In this document: positions 49,680 to 58,091 of the stretch, in pieces
Numbering within the stretch: the stretch's first letter is position 1
Layout: every line of letters starts with the position of its first letter
Assembly (NCBI GenBank): GCA_040751795.1
Contig: JBFMHR010000005.1
Span: 128,001 to 192,000 of the forward strand
Direction of reading: 5' to 3'
Length of the DNA: 64,000 nt
From: Thermoplasmatota archaeon
GTDB taxonomy: Archaea > Thermoplasmatota > Thermoplasmata > UBA10834
Program-made: the position numbers and the translations under genes
The notes under the pieces: generated by a model
Told to the model about the DNA's origin: nothing
The model's database searches: none
What the model saw: only the letters and a program-made list of their open reading frames with translations

Positions 49680-50783
49680 TCAGGAATCAGTCGTGTCCAT
49701 GACCTTAGTTGGTTTCGATTTCGCAACGGTCATGTAGATGTCTATGTACCGGTTTGCGATGAGGCTCCAGCTGTATTTAGATCCGTATTCCGCGATTCTA
49801 CGGCAATCCCATGCTCTGGATAGTCCCACTTCAATCTGTGCGCTCAACTCTGTAGGGCTGCTGGCGTCATAGAGGGAACCAAGGAACTCATGCACTATTA
49901 TCTCGGGAATACCGCCGACTCTTGTGCTTATCACAGGTCTGCCGGACCCAAACGCCTCAAAGAGTACCGTGGGATTTCCTTCGCTAATGCTCGAAATGAC
50001 CACTACATCAGCTGCTCCAATCCAGCGAGGTATGTCCTCGTGGGGTACTTTGCCTGTGAACAACACACTCTCTGCGAGGTCGAGTTCTGTTACCTGGTTC
50101 CTGAGGTTACTCTCCATTGGACCTTCGCCGATGATCACGCACAAAGTATCTTGATGCTTCTGTTTCAATCGACCCAAAGCGTCTATCAATACTGATTGTC
50201 CCTTGACTTCAAGAAGATTCGAGACGTTGCAAATCATTTTCGCACTGTGTGGAAGATTGAGATGCCTTCGGCAATCTGCCTGATTCCTCTGATGGAACAA
50301 TCGCTGATCGTACGCATTTGGAATGTACACGACTCTTTCTTCCGCCCAAGGGAAAGCGTGGGTGATATCGCATGCCATCTTCTGCGAAATCGCAACAAAG
50401 GAATCTGCTCTTGCCAAGACTGTGCCGAATAGCAGGCGGTGTGTTCTGATGAATGACGCACTTCTGCCGTGATGGAATCCAACCACGAGTCTCTTGTTCA
50501 GAATGGCAGTGCAATAAGCTGCCGTTACAGCTCCTATGAAACTCAACACCCCCCCAGATGCTTGGACATGCACTACATCATAGGTCTTGTGATGCCGAAA
50601 GAGATGGAGGGCGAGGCCAATGCTCCTGAAATATACTCTGGATGGCCGAGGTCGGCCAACAGCCGCCTCTCCTTGAGAGAAACAGCAGAGGTCCGCATGA
50701 ACGCCTTTCGCCACAAGTTCTCGATACAGATTCCTAGTATGGATAGACACTCCGCCAGATTCTGAGCAGGGACCACATATCAT
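49680..50783 (-). CDS. Glycosyltransferase family 4
   Basis: GGVSIH, IPNAYD, VKGQ and SEGNPTVLFEA motifs; start overlaps the upstream stop (GTGATG). Confidence 0.88.
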   Translation of the reverse strand: MICGPCSESGGVSIHTRNLYRELVAKGVHADLCCFSQGEAAVGRPRPSRVYFRSIGLALHLFRHHKTYDVVHVQASGGVLSFIGAVTAAYCTAILNKRLVVGFHHGRSASFIRTHRLLFGTVLARADSFVAISQKMACDITHAFPWAEERVVYIPNAYDQRLFHQRNQADCRRHLNLPHSAKMICNVSNLLEVKGQSVLIDALGRLKQKHQDTLCVIIGEGPMESNLRNQVTELDLAESVLFTGKVPHEDIPRWIGAADVVVISSISEGNPTVLFEAFGSGRPVISTRVGGIPEIIVHEFLGSLYDASSPTELSAQIEVGLSRAWDCRRIAEYGSKYSWSLIANRYIDIYMTVAKSKPTKVMDTTDS

Positions 50784-52027
50784 CACTCTGGGTGTTTTAC
50801 CGCCGTGTCTTCCAGTGTCGCCAGAGCTAACATCATCCACGCTTGGTTCCACCTCATGTAGGGAATGCTGTTTGACAGTATGGGATACTTCCTGAATATA
50901 AAGTAGCCTCGGTCTACCCACATATTCCGAATAGTCCAATCGGCTATCGTCAGTGCAAGATCAAGATAGGTAGGTATTATGAATCCTAGTGTTGAGAACG
51001 TGATTATCCCTTGAGCTTGATTATGAATGTCAACGGGGTAATTAGCCGGCGGTCTATACAGAGACCGTCCATCCGCAGTGAACATCACTGAGGAGTAGAA
51101 TGATGCGCCGTTCATGAGGGCCGTTCTTATCCTATCATCGCAATGATGGCTCCGGTTCCTAACGTGAGCGGATAACGCCTCAACCATGTATCCTTGATGG
51201 AAATCGAGTTGAATCCTCTTCTTCCCGTTAGAGTATTCACTATAGTGCCAGCTACCATCCAGGCTCTGCTTCTGTACGATGAACCTCGCTAGTTCGCGAA
51301 TGCAATCATCATATGGATTCTTCCAGGATTTCTGTTCTAGCTCTATGAGCGCCTGTAGAGCTTTCGCTGATGCATTCAGAACAACCCTGTTGGTTTCGGC
51401 GGGGTGGTACTTGCAGTATGTCCCATGCTGAGATTCTTCCAGCAATTCTGAGACTAGAAACTGCGCTGCATCCTCCGCCATATCTAGCCAATGGCGTTCT
51501 CTTGTTGCTGAATAGCCTGCAGACAGAGCTCTGATTGCCTCACATGTTCCGATGGCATCAGGGACGTCAGGCCCGAGAACACCTCCGTCTGCTCCTCTGA
51601 ACTTGAAGTAATGGGATGCCCAGCAATGGAACCCCACACTGCCACGAAGGCTTGTGGATTCCAGGTGATTCAGGCAGTCCAGCAAGTGATTCCTATCTTC
51701 ATTGATAGCGCGGAATTCGCATAGTCTCGCATAGGCTTGGGCAAACAGGGCACTTCCTTTGACATCTCTTCCTTTCTCAACCCTCAATGGTCTCCGCAGA
51801 TTCACCGGTGAACGTTTCATTACCTGAATTGCCAAGTTCTCAAGAAGGGGAAGTTCGCGTGTGACCATCCGGAGGACATGGGAATTCAAGGCGTCGTAAG
51901 GATCCCATCCAGCGAATCCTTGTCTGCTTGCCCATGCGCTGACCGCATCGATGTATCCCTTCCACGAATCACTGCAAATGCGGTCATTGACCCTTCCGGA
52001 CTCCCTTGGCCACTGCAGTTGCATCAT
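50783..52027 (-). CDS. Uncharacterised (alpha/alpha)-toroid-like protein typical of polysaccharide loci
   Basis: GWDPYDALNS, QSLDGSWHY, D.FHQGY, YPVDIHNQAQGI and YMRWNQAWM motifs. Confidence 0.7.
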   Translation of the reverse strand: MMQLQWPRESGRVNDRICSDSWKGYIDAVSAWASRQGFAGWDPYDALNSHVLRMVTRELPLLENLAIQVMKRSPVNLRRPLRVEKGRDVKGSALFAQAYARLCEFRAINEDRNHLLDCLNHLESTSLRGSVGFHCWASHYFKFRGADGGVLGPDVPDAIGTCEAIRALSAGYSATRERHWLDMAEDAAQFLVSELLEESQHGTYCKYHPAETNRVVLNASAKALQALIELEQKSWKNPYDDCIRELARFIVQKQSLDGSWHYSEYSNGKKRIQLDFHQGYMVEALSAHVRNRSHHCDDRIRTALMNGASFYSSVMFTADGRSLYRPPANYPVDIHNQAQGIITFSTLGFIIPTYLDLALTIADWTIRNMWVDRGYFIFRKYPILSNSIPYMRWNQAWMMLALATLEDTAVKHPE

Positions 52028-52299
52028 TCTGATATTCCACCGGTCGGTATTCAGATACTACAGATAAAATCTACCCCCTGCTAATCTGTGCCAGAGCGAC
52101 ATTCTCTGATGAATGGTTCTCAGGTTCCCCAAGGCCTGATCGTGCTGATATCATGAACATCTTCCCGTTATTCTCTACCGCGTTCAGATGGTGATTGTGA
52201 ATGTGCAGCCAGAAAGGTAGTGACGATATATCACGAAAATCCTAAATCACCCCTGCTCCATACGACTCACATCAGCGTGAAAGTGCGAGGGAGTCCTGT

Positions 52300-53037
52300 T
52301 TGTATCGAGGTAAGACCGTTGGTGTGGTAGTGCCGGCCCTAAATGAGGAACTCCTCATTGGCACAACAATCACCACAATTCCTGAGTGTGTAGACTGTAT
52401 CTTTGTTATAGACGATGGTTCAACCGATAGCACATCACTCGTTGTTCAACGTGTTCAGGACAGTCGCATTTGTCTGCTTCGTCACGAATCAAACAAAGGA
52501 GTTGGCGCGTCAATTGCCGCGGGTTACTCAGCGGCTCTTGCCAGGAACATCGACATTGTTGCAGTGATGGCTGGCGATAATCAGATGGACCCAGATCATC
52601 TGGCAGATTTGCTGGACCCCCTCATAGACGACAGAGCTGACTACTCAAAGGGCAACCGCTTATCCGATAAGGAATCCAGACACGAAATGCCAGGATGGAG
52701 ATGCTTTGGCAATTTCATCCTGACATTGATGACGAAAGCCGCATCGGGTCTCTGGCACATCTCCGACTCTCAGAATGGATACACGGCCATATCGAGATCT
52801 GCACTGGCATCCATAGATCTGGAGAGGATTTATCCCTACTATGGGTACTGCAATGATGTTCTGATTAAGCTAGGTGCCAATGGCATGCGCGTTGTTGATG
52901 TCGCAATTCCCGCCCGGTATGGTTCTGAAGTGTCCAAGATACGCTACTTTCGATTCGCGGCAAGGGTAGGTCCTTTGATTGTTCGAGGAGGGGTGTCTCG
53001 ATGGACTCGCAGACACATGAGCTGGTTCCTTGATTGA
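52300..53037 (+). CDS. Glycosyltransferase family 2 (DPM1-like)
   Basis: VVVPALNEE, DDGSTD, N.GVG, AGDNQMDP, KGNR and DSQNGY motifs; TTG start. Confidence 0.9.
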   Translation: MYRGKTVGVVVPALNEELLIGTTITTIPECVDCIFVIDDGSTDSTSLVVQRVQDSRICLLRHESNKGVGASIAAGYSAALARNIDIVAVMAGDNQMDPDHLADLLDPLIDDRADYSKGNRLSDKESRHEMPGWRCFGNFILTLMTKAASGLWHISDSQNGYTAISRSALASIDLERIYPYYGYCNDVLIKLGANGMRVVDVAIPARYGSEVSKIRYFRFAARVGPLIVRGGVSRWTRRHMSWFLD

Positions 53038-53075
53038 CCCCCCTGAGGAAATGGTGCCAGTTGGGAGCATCGAAG

Positions 53076-54182
53076 TCAGGAGTTCTCAGGGCATCCATGA
53101 TGGAGTGCGTTGAACTTCGATTCGGGATACCTCTCAATGAATTCTATCATGAACTGAGTCAAGTCCACTTTGTCTCTCAGGAGAACCTGTCTCTTTCTTT
53201 CCCATTCTCTCTTCACGTCATCAATCTCAGCCAGTTGAATCGCTTTTGAAATTGCATCCGAAGAGTTGCTGAAGCTGTATATCATGTCATATTTCCTTTG
53301 CAGTTCAATGAAATTTCCCATGTCGCCATCCCCAACGAACCCGTTGAACCTTACAGCGGGTGTCCCCAAGACAGCAGCTTCAGTTACGATTGTCTGCGTA
53401 TCCGCTACCACAAGCGATGCGTGTGCAATCAAATCGTGTATCTTGGACTTCGGCAAACGGATTGCGAGTTTCTCGAGATCTGCTGGCAGTGGTGTTTCGG
53501 AAGAAACGAACACCCTCATTCGCTGACCGAGCGTTTCTGCGAGTCTTCGTTTCTCAGCAATGGAGAACCCCGTAATCCCAAGATCATGAATCGCCTTGAA
53601 TCCATTGAATCGCAGGATTCCGTATCTTTCTCCGGGACTGATTCCGATTGAGTGAAGGATAGATGTATCAGGACTGAAATGGTTTGGATGGAGGTATGCT
53701 AGCTCTTTGTAGGTATCCACTCTGACATGATTCTTCCCGAGGTCTGCTCTGAAGCAAGATGGGGTAAGAATCGCATCAGAAGTCAATTTCATCACCAATA
53801 ATTGAGCGGGGATGGGTTCGGAATCATTGAAGAGTATCCCGGACGCTTTCATCAGCCACGAAACGACTGCGCTGTCCGCTCCTGAGCCTATCACAACATC
53901 TGGCTTGTAGGGCCTCAGAATCTTGCACATTCCGTAAAGGTGATTTGGCACCGAAGCAATCTTTGAGAACTTCCGGCCGTCACCATCAGCGAACACCCTT
54001 GCGTCGAGCGCAAACTCAGATAGCAATTCTAGGGTGTCTCCATAACGCCTTGCGAGGATGAGGACTTCATGGCCATCCTTCTGCAATCCGTCAATGATGT
54101 TCCTGAATAGGTGCACTTGAGCAGGAGTGTTGAGTACCACAGCTATTTTCGTGAACTCACCTACTGAGTTTCTTACCCTCAT
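53076..54182 (-). CDS. DUF354 family (GT-B-like) protein
   Basis: PAQVHLFR, D.E, YKELAYLHP.F.PD, A.HD and EAAVLGTP motifs. Confidence 0.85.
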   Translation of the reverse strand: MRVRNSVGEFTKIAVVLNTPAQVHLFRNIIDGLQKDGHEVLILARRYGDTLELLSEFALDARVFADGDGRKFSKIASVPNHLYGMCKILRPYKPDVVIGSGADSAVVSWLMKASGILFNDSEPIPAQLLVMKLTSDAILTPSCFRADLGKNHVRVDTYKELAYLHPNHFSPDTSILHSIGISPGERYGILRFNGFKAIHDLGITGFSIAEKRRLAETLGQRMRVFVSSETPLPADLEKLAIRLPKSKIHDLIAHASLVVADTQTIVTEAAVLGTPAVRFNGFVGDGDMGNFIELQRKYDMIYSFSNSSDAISKAIQLAEIDDVKREWERKRQVLLRDKVDLTQFMIEFIERYPESKFNALHHGCPENS

Positions 54183-54268
54183 TGTCGCAGCTTGTTACTC
54201 AAGACCAGATTCGGAAGCTACCAGTTCCTCCAATGACTCCTGAGACGTCCCCCAAACGAGAGTTTCAC

Positions 54269-54282
54269 ATAAATATATTTAT
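54269..54282. promoter_or_regulatory. Perfect AT palindrome / bidirectional TATA between divergent genes
   Basis: ATAAATATATTTAT is its own reverse complement. Confidence 0.5.
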
Positions 54283-54388
54283 CCATATGCCGGTCAGCAT
54301 AGATTGAATACCTACCCTCAAGAGAGCATATTCTGATTATGAGGATTCGATGTCATGATGGTGTACCGCACAAACGCTAGCGTGAGGA

Positions 54389-56014
54389 TTGACTTTGTGG
54401 AGACCTAGTGAGCGCTTCGCAGGATTATCCATTCTCATCGCGATTCTACTATCAGCTCTATCCGTGAGACTCATACCTTTGATTTTCTCTCCCCTGCCAT
54501 ACAACATTGATGGACTCAGCGAACTGCGGGTGACGGAGGATATCTTGACGACAGGCAAGATGCAGTTTCAGGATCTCGCATCCCACTCACAGACTTACGT
54601 CTCAGATTTGCCGCTTCTGGGACTCTTGACTGCCTTCTTGTCATCGGCTCTTGGCGTCGAAGTTCTGATGACTGTATTCCCGCTGACATCCTTTCTCGGA
54701 ACACTTGCCGTCATGATTGTTGGAGTCTCGATTCTCAGACATGGAGCCGGGCCCCGGGCTTATTCCGTGTCTTCCCTAGTTCTCGTTCTTCTTGGTTCAT
54801 TTGCCTTTAGTGCTGGCTGCACTTGGAAGGAGACTCTTGGGATATTCCTTCTAGGGATTGTCCTCCTCTCGTTCCCTTCGAGAAGCGAATGGAGATATCG
54901 AATCCTTCTCGGTTCATCCCTGGCAATGCTGGTATTCACACACCATCATTCGGCCGTGGTTACCTTCGTAATCACGACTTTCGCAGTTGCCATATGCGCA
55001 TACAATCATAGGAGGGACAACGAGTACAGATCCGTCCTCTTCGTGGATGTGTCAATGCTTTGTCTCGTGTGGATGTCTGCAGTAGCCTACTACTCCGCCA
55101 TCTCTCTGCCCTACCTTAGCCACCTTACTCCCGATGCTGATCTATTCTTGTACTTGGCGGTTGCCTTCCTTGTTCTCCTGATTGGCTTCCGTATGTCGGG
55201 GCGGATGTACCTCGTGTCCAGGTATCCCTTCGGGGTGATTGTCCCTGCTCTGGGAGCGTCCTTCCTTCTCTACAATCTCCATGATCCAATCTTCCCAGGT
55301 ATACCCGCCCCTTCGATATCGGTCATGGTGCCCTTCATAGCTTACATCCTCCTGGTCATACCAGCATGGTACGGCTCCGAACTCCTCCTCGGACCAAGGG
55401 GACCCTCCAAGAATCTGCTCCTCGCGATGCTCCTGGGCCCCATCTCACTGATCATGTTCGCCTTCCTGAGGTCGAACGACTCCACATCGTACCTGATCGT
55501 CTTCCGGACGTTCGACTTCCTCATGATCCCCTTCGCGCTCCTCGTTGGCGCAGGCTTCGCCTTCCTCGTCAAGGGCAGGGAGCGCCTCGGCGTCCTCGCC
55601 GGCATCTCCCTGGTCGTCATATGCGCATCGACTCTCCCCGTAGCCTACAACACCCAGGAGCTCTTCGGCGTCCAGAACCACACCTTCGAGTACGAGTACG
55701 ACGCCGTCCAGTGGTTCTCCGTGAGCGGCATAGACAACTACACCTCCGACCAGAGGCTCGGGGAGACCGGCTGGAGGCTCTTCGACATCGACTTCGCGAG
55801 GGGCCTCCCCTACGACCTACGGGAGGGCATCGCCCTCGAGCCCGGCACGTTCTACGTGCTCGAGGAGAGCTGGATCTCCGACGGCGCCCAGGAGTTCCCG
55901 TTCGGGGTCGTCGTCGTGGAGCCCGACAGGATCCTCTCCGTCCTCGAATCGTCCAGCGTGGCCTACGTCGGAGGGCCGGCGGAGGACCAGCTGTTGTGCT
56001 TCAGCGTCCCGTGA
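54389..56014 (+). CDS. Polytopic membrane protein, putative GT-C fold (paralog of 1802-3592)
   Basis: SPLPYNIDGLSE, WKETLG, HH, RTFDF, SDQR and VAYVGGP motifs are shared with the paralog. Confidence 0.65.
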   Translation: MTLWRPSERFAGLSILIAILLSALSVRLIPLIFSPLPYNIDGLSELRVTEDILTTGKMQFQDLASHSQTYVSDLPLLGLLTAFLSSALGVEVLMTVFPLTSFLGTLAVMIVGVSILRHGAGPRAYSVSSLVLVLLGSFAFSAGCTWKETLGIFLLGIVLLSFPSRSEWRYRILLGSSLAMLVFTHHHSAVVTFVITTFAVAICAYNHRRDNEYRSVLFVDVSMLCLVWMSAVAYYSAISLPYLSHLTPDADLFLYLAVAFLVLLIGFRMSGRMYLVSRYPFGVIVPALGASFLLYNLHDPIFPGIPAPSISVMVPFIAYILLVIPAWYGSELLLGPRGPSKNLLLAMLLGPISLIMFAFLRSNDSTSYLIVFRTFDFLMIPFALLVGAGFAFLVKGRERLGVLAGISLVVICASTLPVAYNTQELFGVQNHTFEYEYDAVQWFSVSGIDNYTSDQRLGETGWRLFDIDFARGLPYDLREGIALEPGTFYVLEESWISDGAQEFPFGVVVVEPDRILSVLESSSVAYVGGPAEDQLLCFSVP

Positions 56015-56032
56015 GCAGTCATCTGTAATAAT

Positions 56033-56078
56033 TGTACACTAATGAACGAGAAACTACTTTATAGTACATTATTGTTAT
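56033..56078 (+). promoter_or_regulatory. trp operon promoter with TRP-box-like (TGTACA) elements flanking the TATA box
   Basis: TGTACA-ctaa-TGAACG (56033-56048), TTTATA (56058-56063), AGTACA-ttat-TGTTAT (56063-56078). Confidence 0.6.
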
Positions 56079-56130
56079 GGCAGTCCCGCGATGACGAGAA
56101 GGGATCCATTTTGGCCCCGCCGGAGAAGGC

Positions 56131-57519
56131 ATGTCGCCTGAGCCCCCAGGGCGCTCCCTCACCACCGCCGTCGCGATGGAGAGGGACTTCCGCCTGGACC
56201 CCCTCTCCACCTACGCGTCCCTCAGGGACCAGTTCCCCGGGGAGAGCTTCCTCCTGGAGTCCGTCGAGGGCACGAAGAAGACCGCCCGCTACTCCTTCAT
56301 AGGCGTCGACCCGGTGCACACGTTCAGGTGCAGCGGCGGGGAGGTCATATCCGACGGCGAACGCCACAGGTCGGAGAACCCCTTCGAGTCGCTCCGCGCC
56401 CGCTTCAGGTCATTCGACTGCGGGACCTCCGACCTTGCCCCCTTCTCCGGGGGCATGGTCGGCTACGTCGGCTACGGGACCGTCAGGTACTTCGAGCCGG
56501 TCGACGGCCCCTCGGTCGGCCGGAGCAGGTTCCCGGACATCTACTTCGTCATACCCAGGCACCTCGTGTGCTTCGACCACCTCAACTCCCGCGTCGTGCT
56601 GATATCCCACGGCAAGGTCTCGGAGCTCAGGGCCGCCCTCTCGGGGGCGAGGCCCCGGGAGCCCTCGGAGGTCTCGGTGGGCGAGGCCGTGCAGGACACG
56701 TCCAGGGACGAGTTCGAGGGCATGGTCTCTCGCGCCAAGGAGCACATCCTGGACGGCGACGTCTTCCAGGCTGTCCTGTCCAGGAGGACGGACTTCGGTT
56801 TCGAGGGCGACACGCTGGAGATGTACCGCGCCCTCCGCGGGATGAACCCGTCCCCGTACCTCTTCCACCTCGACTTCGACGGCGTACAGCTCCTGGGCTC
56901 GTCCCCGGAGATGCTCGTCAGGCTAGAGGGCACGAGGCTCACGACCCGCCCCCTCGCCGGCACCCGGCCACGCTCCCCGGACCCGGAGGAGGACGAGAAG
57001 CTCAAGCTCGAGATGCTGCTGGACGAGAAGGAGCGCGCCGAGCACCTGATGCTGGTGGACCTGCACAGGAACGACATGGGGAGGGTCTCCAGGTTCGGCT
57101 CGGTGAAGGTCAACGAGCTGATGGCCGTGGAGAAGTACTCGCACGTCCAGCACATTGTGAGCAACGTCGAGAGCGAGATCCGGCCGGACATGGACGGCTT
57201 CGACGCGCTCAGGTCCTGCTTCCCCGCGGGGACCGTCTCGGGGGCCCCCAAGGTCCGCGCGATGCAGGTGATATCGGAGCTCGAGCGGTCGCCCAGGGGA
57301 CCGTACGCCGGAGCGGTCGGCTACTTCGACTTCACGGGGGACATGGACTTCGCCATCACCATACGCTCGATATCGGTCTCCGACGGCCGCGCGAGCATCC
57401 AGTCCGGCGCGGGGATCGTAGCGGACTCCGTCCCTGAGAGGGAGTTCGCCGAGACGGAGCACAAGATGCGCGCGATGGTCGAGGCGATACGGTCGATATC
57501 CGGGGGCGGGAGGGCATGA
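56131..57519 (+). CDS. trpE: Anthranilate synthase component I
   Basis: LLES, NPSPY, SSPE, PLAGT, EH.MLVDL.RND and FPAGTVSGAPK motifs. Confidence 0.95.
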   Translation: MSPEPPGRSLTTAVAMERDFRLDPLSTYASLRDQFPGESFLLESVEGTKKTARYSFIGVDPVHTFRCSGGEVISDGERHRSENPFESLRARFRSFDCGTSDLAPFSGGMVGYVGYGTVRYFEPVDGPSVGRSRFPDIYFVIPRHLVCFDHLNSRVVLISHGKVSELRAALSGARPREPSEVSVGEAVQDTSRDEFEGMVSRAKEHILDGDVFQAVLSRRTDFGFEGDTLEMYRALRGMNPSPYLFHLDFDGVQLLGSSPEMLVRLEGTRLTTRPLAGTRPRSPDPEEDEKLKLEMLLDEKERAEHLMLVDLHRNDMGRVSRFGSVKVNELMAVEKYSHVQHIVSNVESEIRPDMDGFDALRSCFPAGTVSGAPKVRAMQVISELERSPRGPYAGAVGYFDFTGDMDFAITIRSISVSDGRASIQSGAGIVADSVPEREFAETEHKMRAMVEAIRSISGGGRA

Positions 57520-58091
57520 CCAGGATACTCATCATAGACAACTACGACTCGTTCGTCTACAACATAGCGCAGTACCTCGGGGAGCTGGGCGCGGAGGTGG
57601 TCGTCGAGAGGAACGACTCGCAGGGCCTGGACGCCCACATCGGCTCAGTCGACGGCTACGTCATATCCCCCGGGCCGGGCCACCCCAGGGAGGCGAACAG
57701 GAGCCTCGAGGTCATCGCGGACGGCGGCCACGGGAGGCCTGTGCTCGGCGTGTGCCTCGGCCACCAGGCGATCGCCCACGTTCACGGCGGCTCCGTCGTG
57801 AGGGCGTCCCGCGTGGTGCACGGGAAGCTCAGCGCGATACGGCACGTCGAGGACCCCATCTTCGCGGGCGTCCCGGAGATGTTCTCCGCCACGAGGTACC
57901 ACTCCCTCCTGGTGTCCAGGGAGGACCTGCCCGACGACATCGAGGTGCTCGCGGAGACCGACGCCGGCGAGGTCATGGCCCTCCGGGTCAGGGGCAGGCC
58001 GGTGTACGGGCTGCAGTTCCATCCGGAGTCGGTCATGACGTCCCACGGGAGGACGATGCTCTCCAACTTCCTGGGGATGTGCGCCCGATGA
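57516..58091 (+). CDS. trpG: Anthranilate synthase component II (glutamine amidotransferase)
   Basis: IDNYDSF, SPGPG, GVCLGHQ and QFHPES motifs. Confidence 0.95.
   Translation: MTRILIIDNYDSFVYNIAQYLGELGAEVVVERNDSQGLDAHIGSVDGYVISPGPGHPREANRSLEVIADGGHGRPVLGVCLGHQAIAHVHGGSVVRASRVVHGKLSAIRHVEDPIFAGVPEMFSATRYHSLLVSREDLPDDIEVLAETDAGEVMALRVRGRPVYGLQFHPESVMTSHGRTMLSNFLGMCAR

Noticed and set aside
45530-55350. Integrative element or transposon as the explanation for the low-GC block
   Set aside because: No integrase, transposase, tRNA target, terminal inverted repeats or direct repeats were seen.
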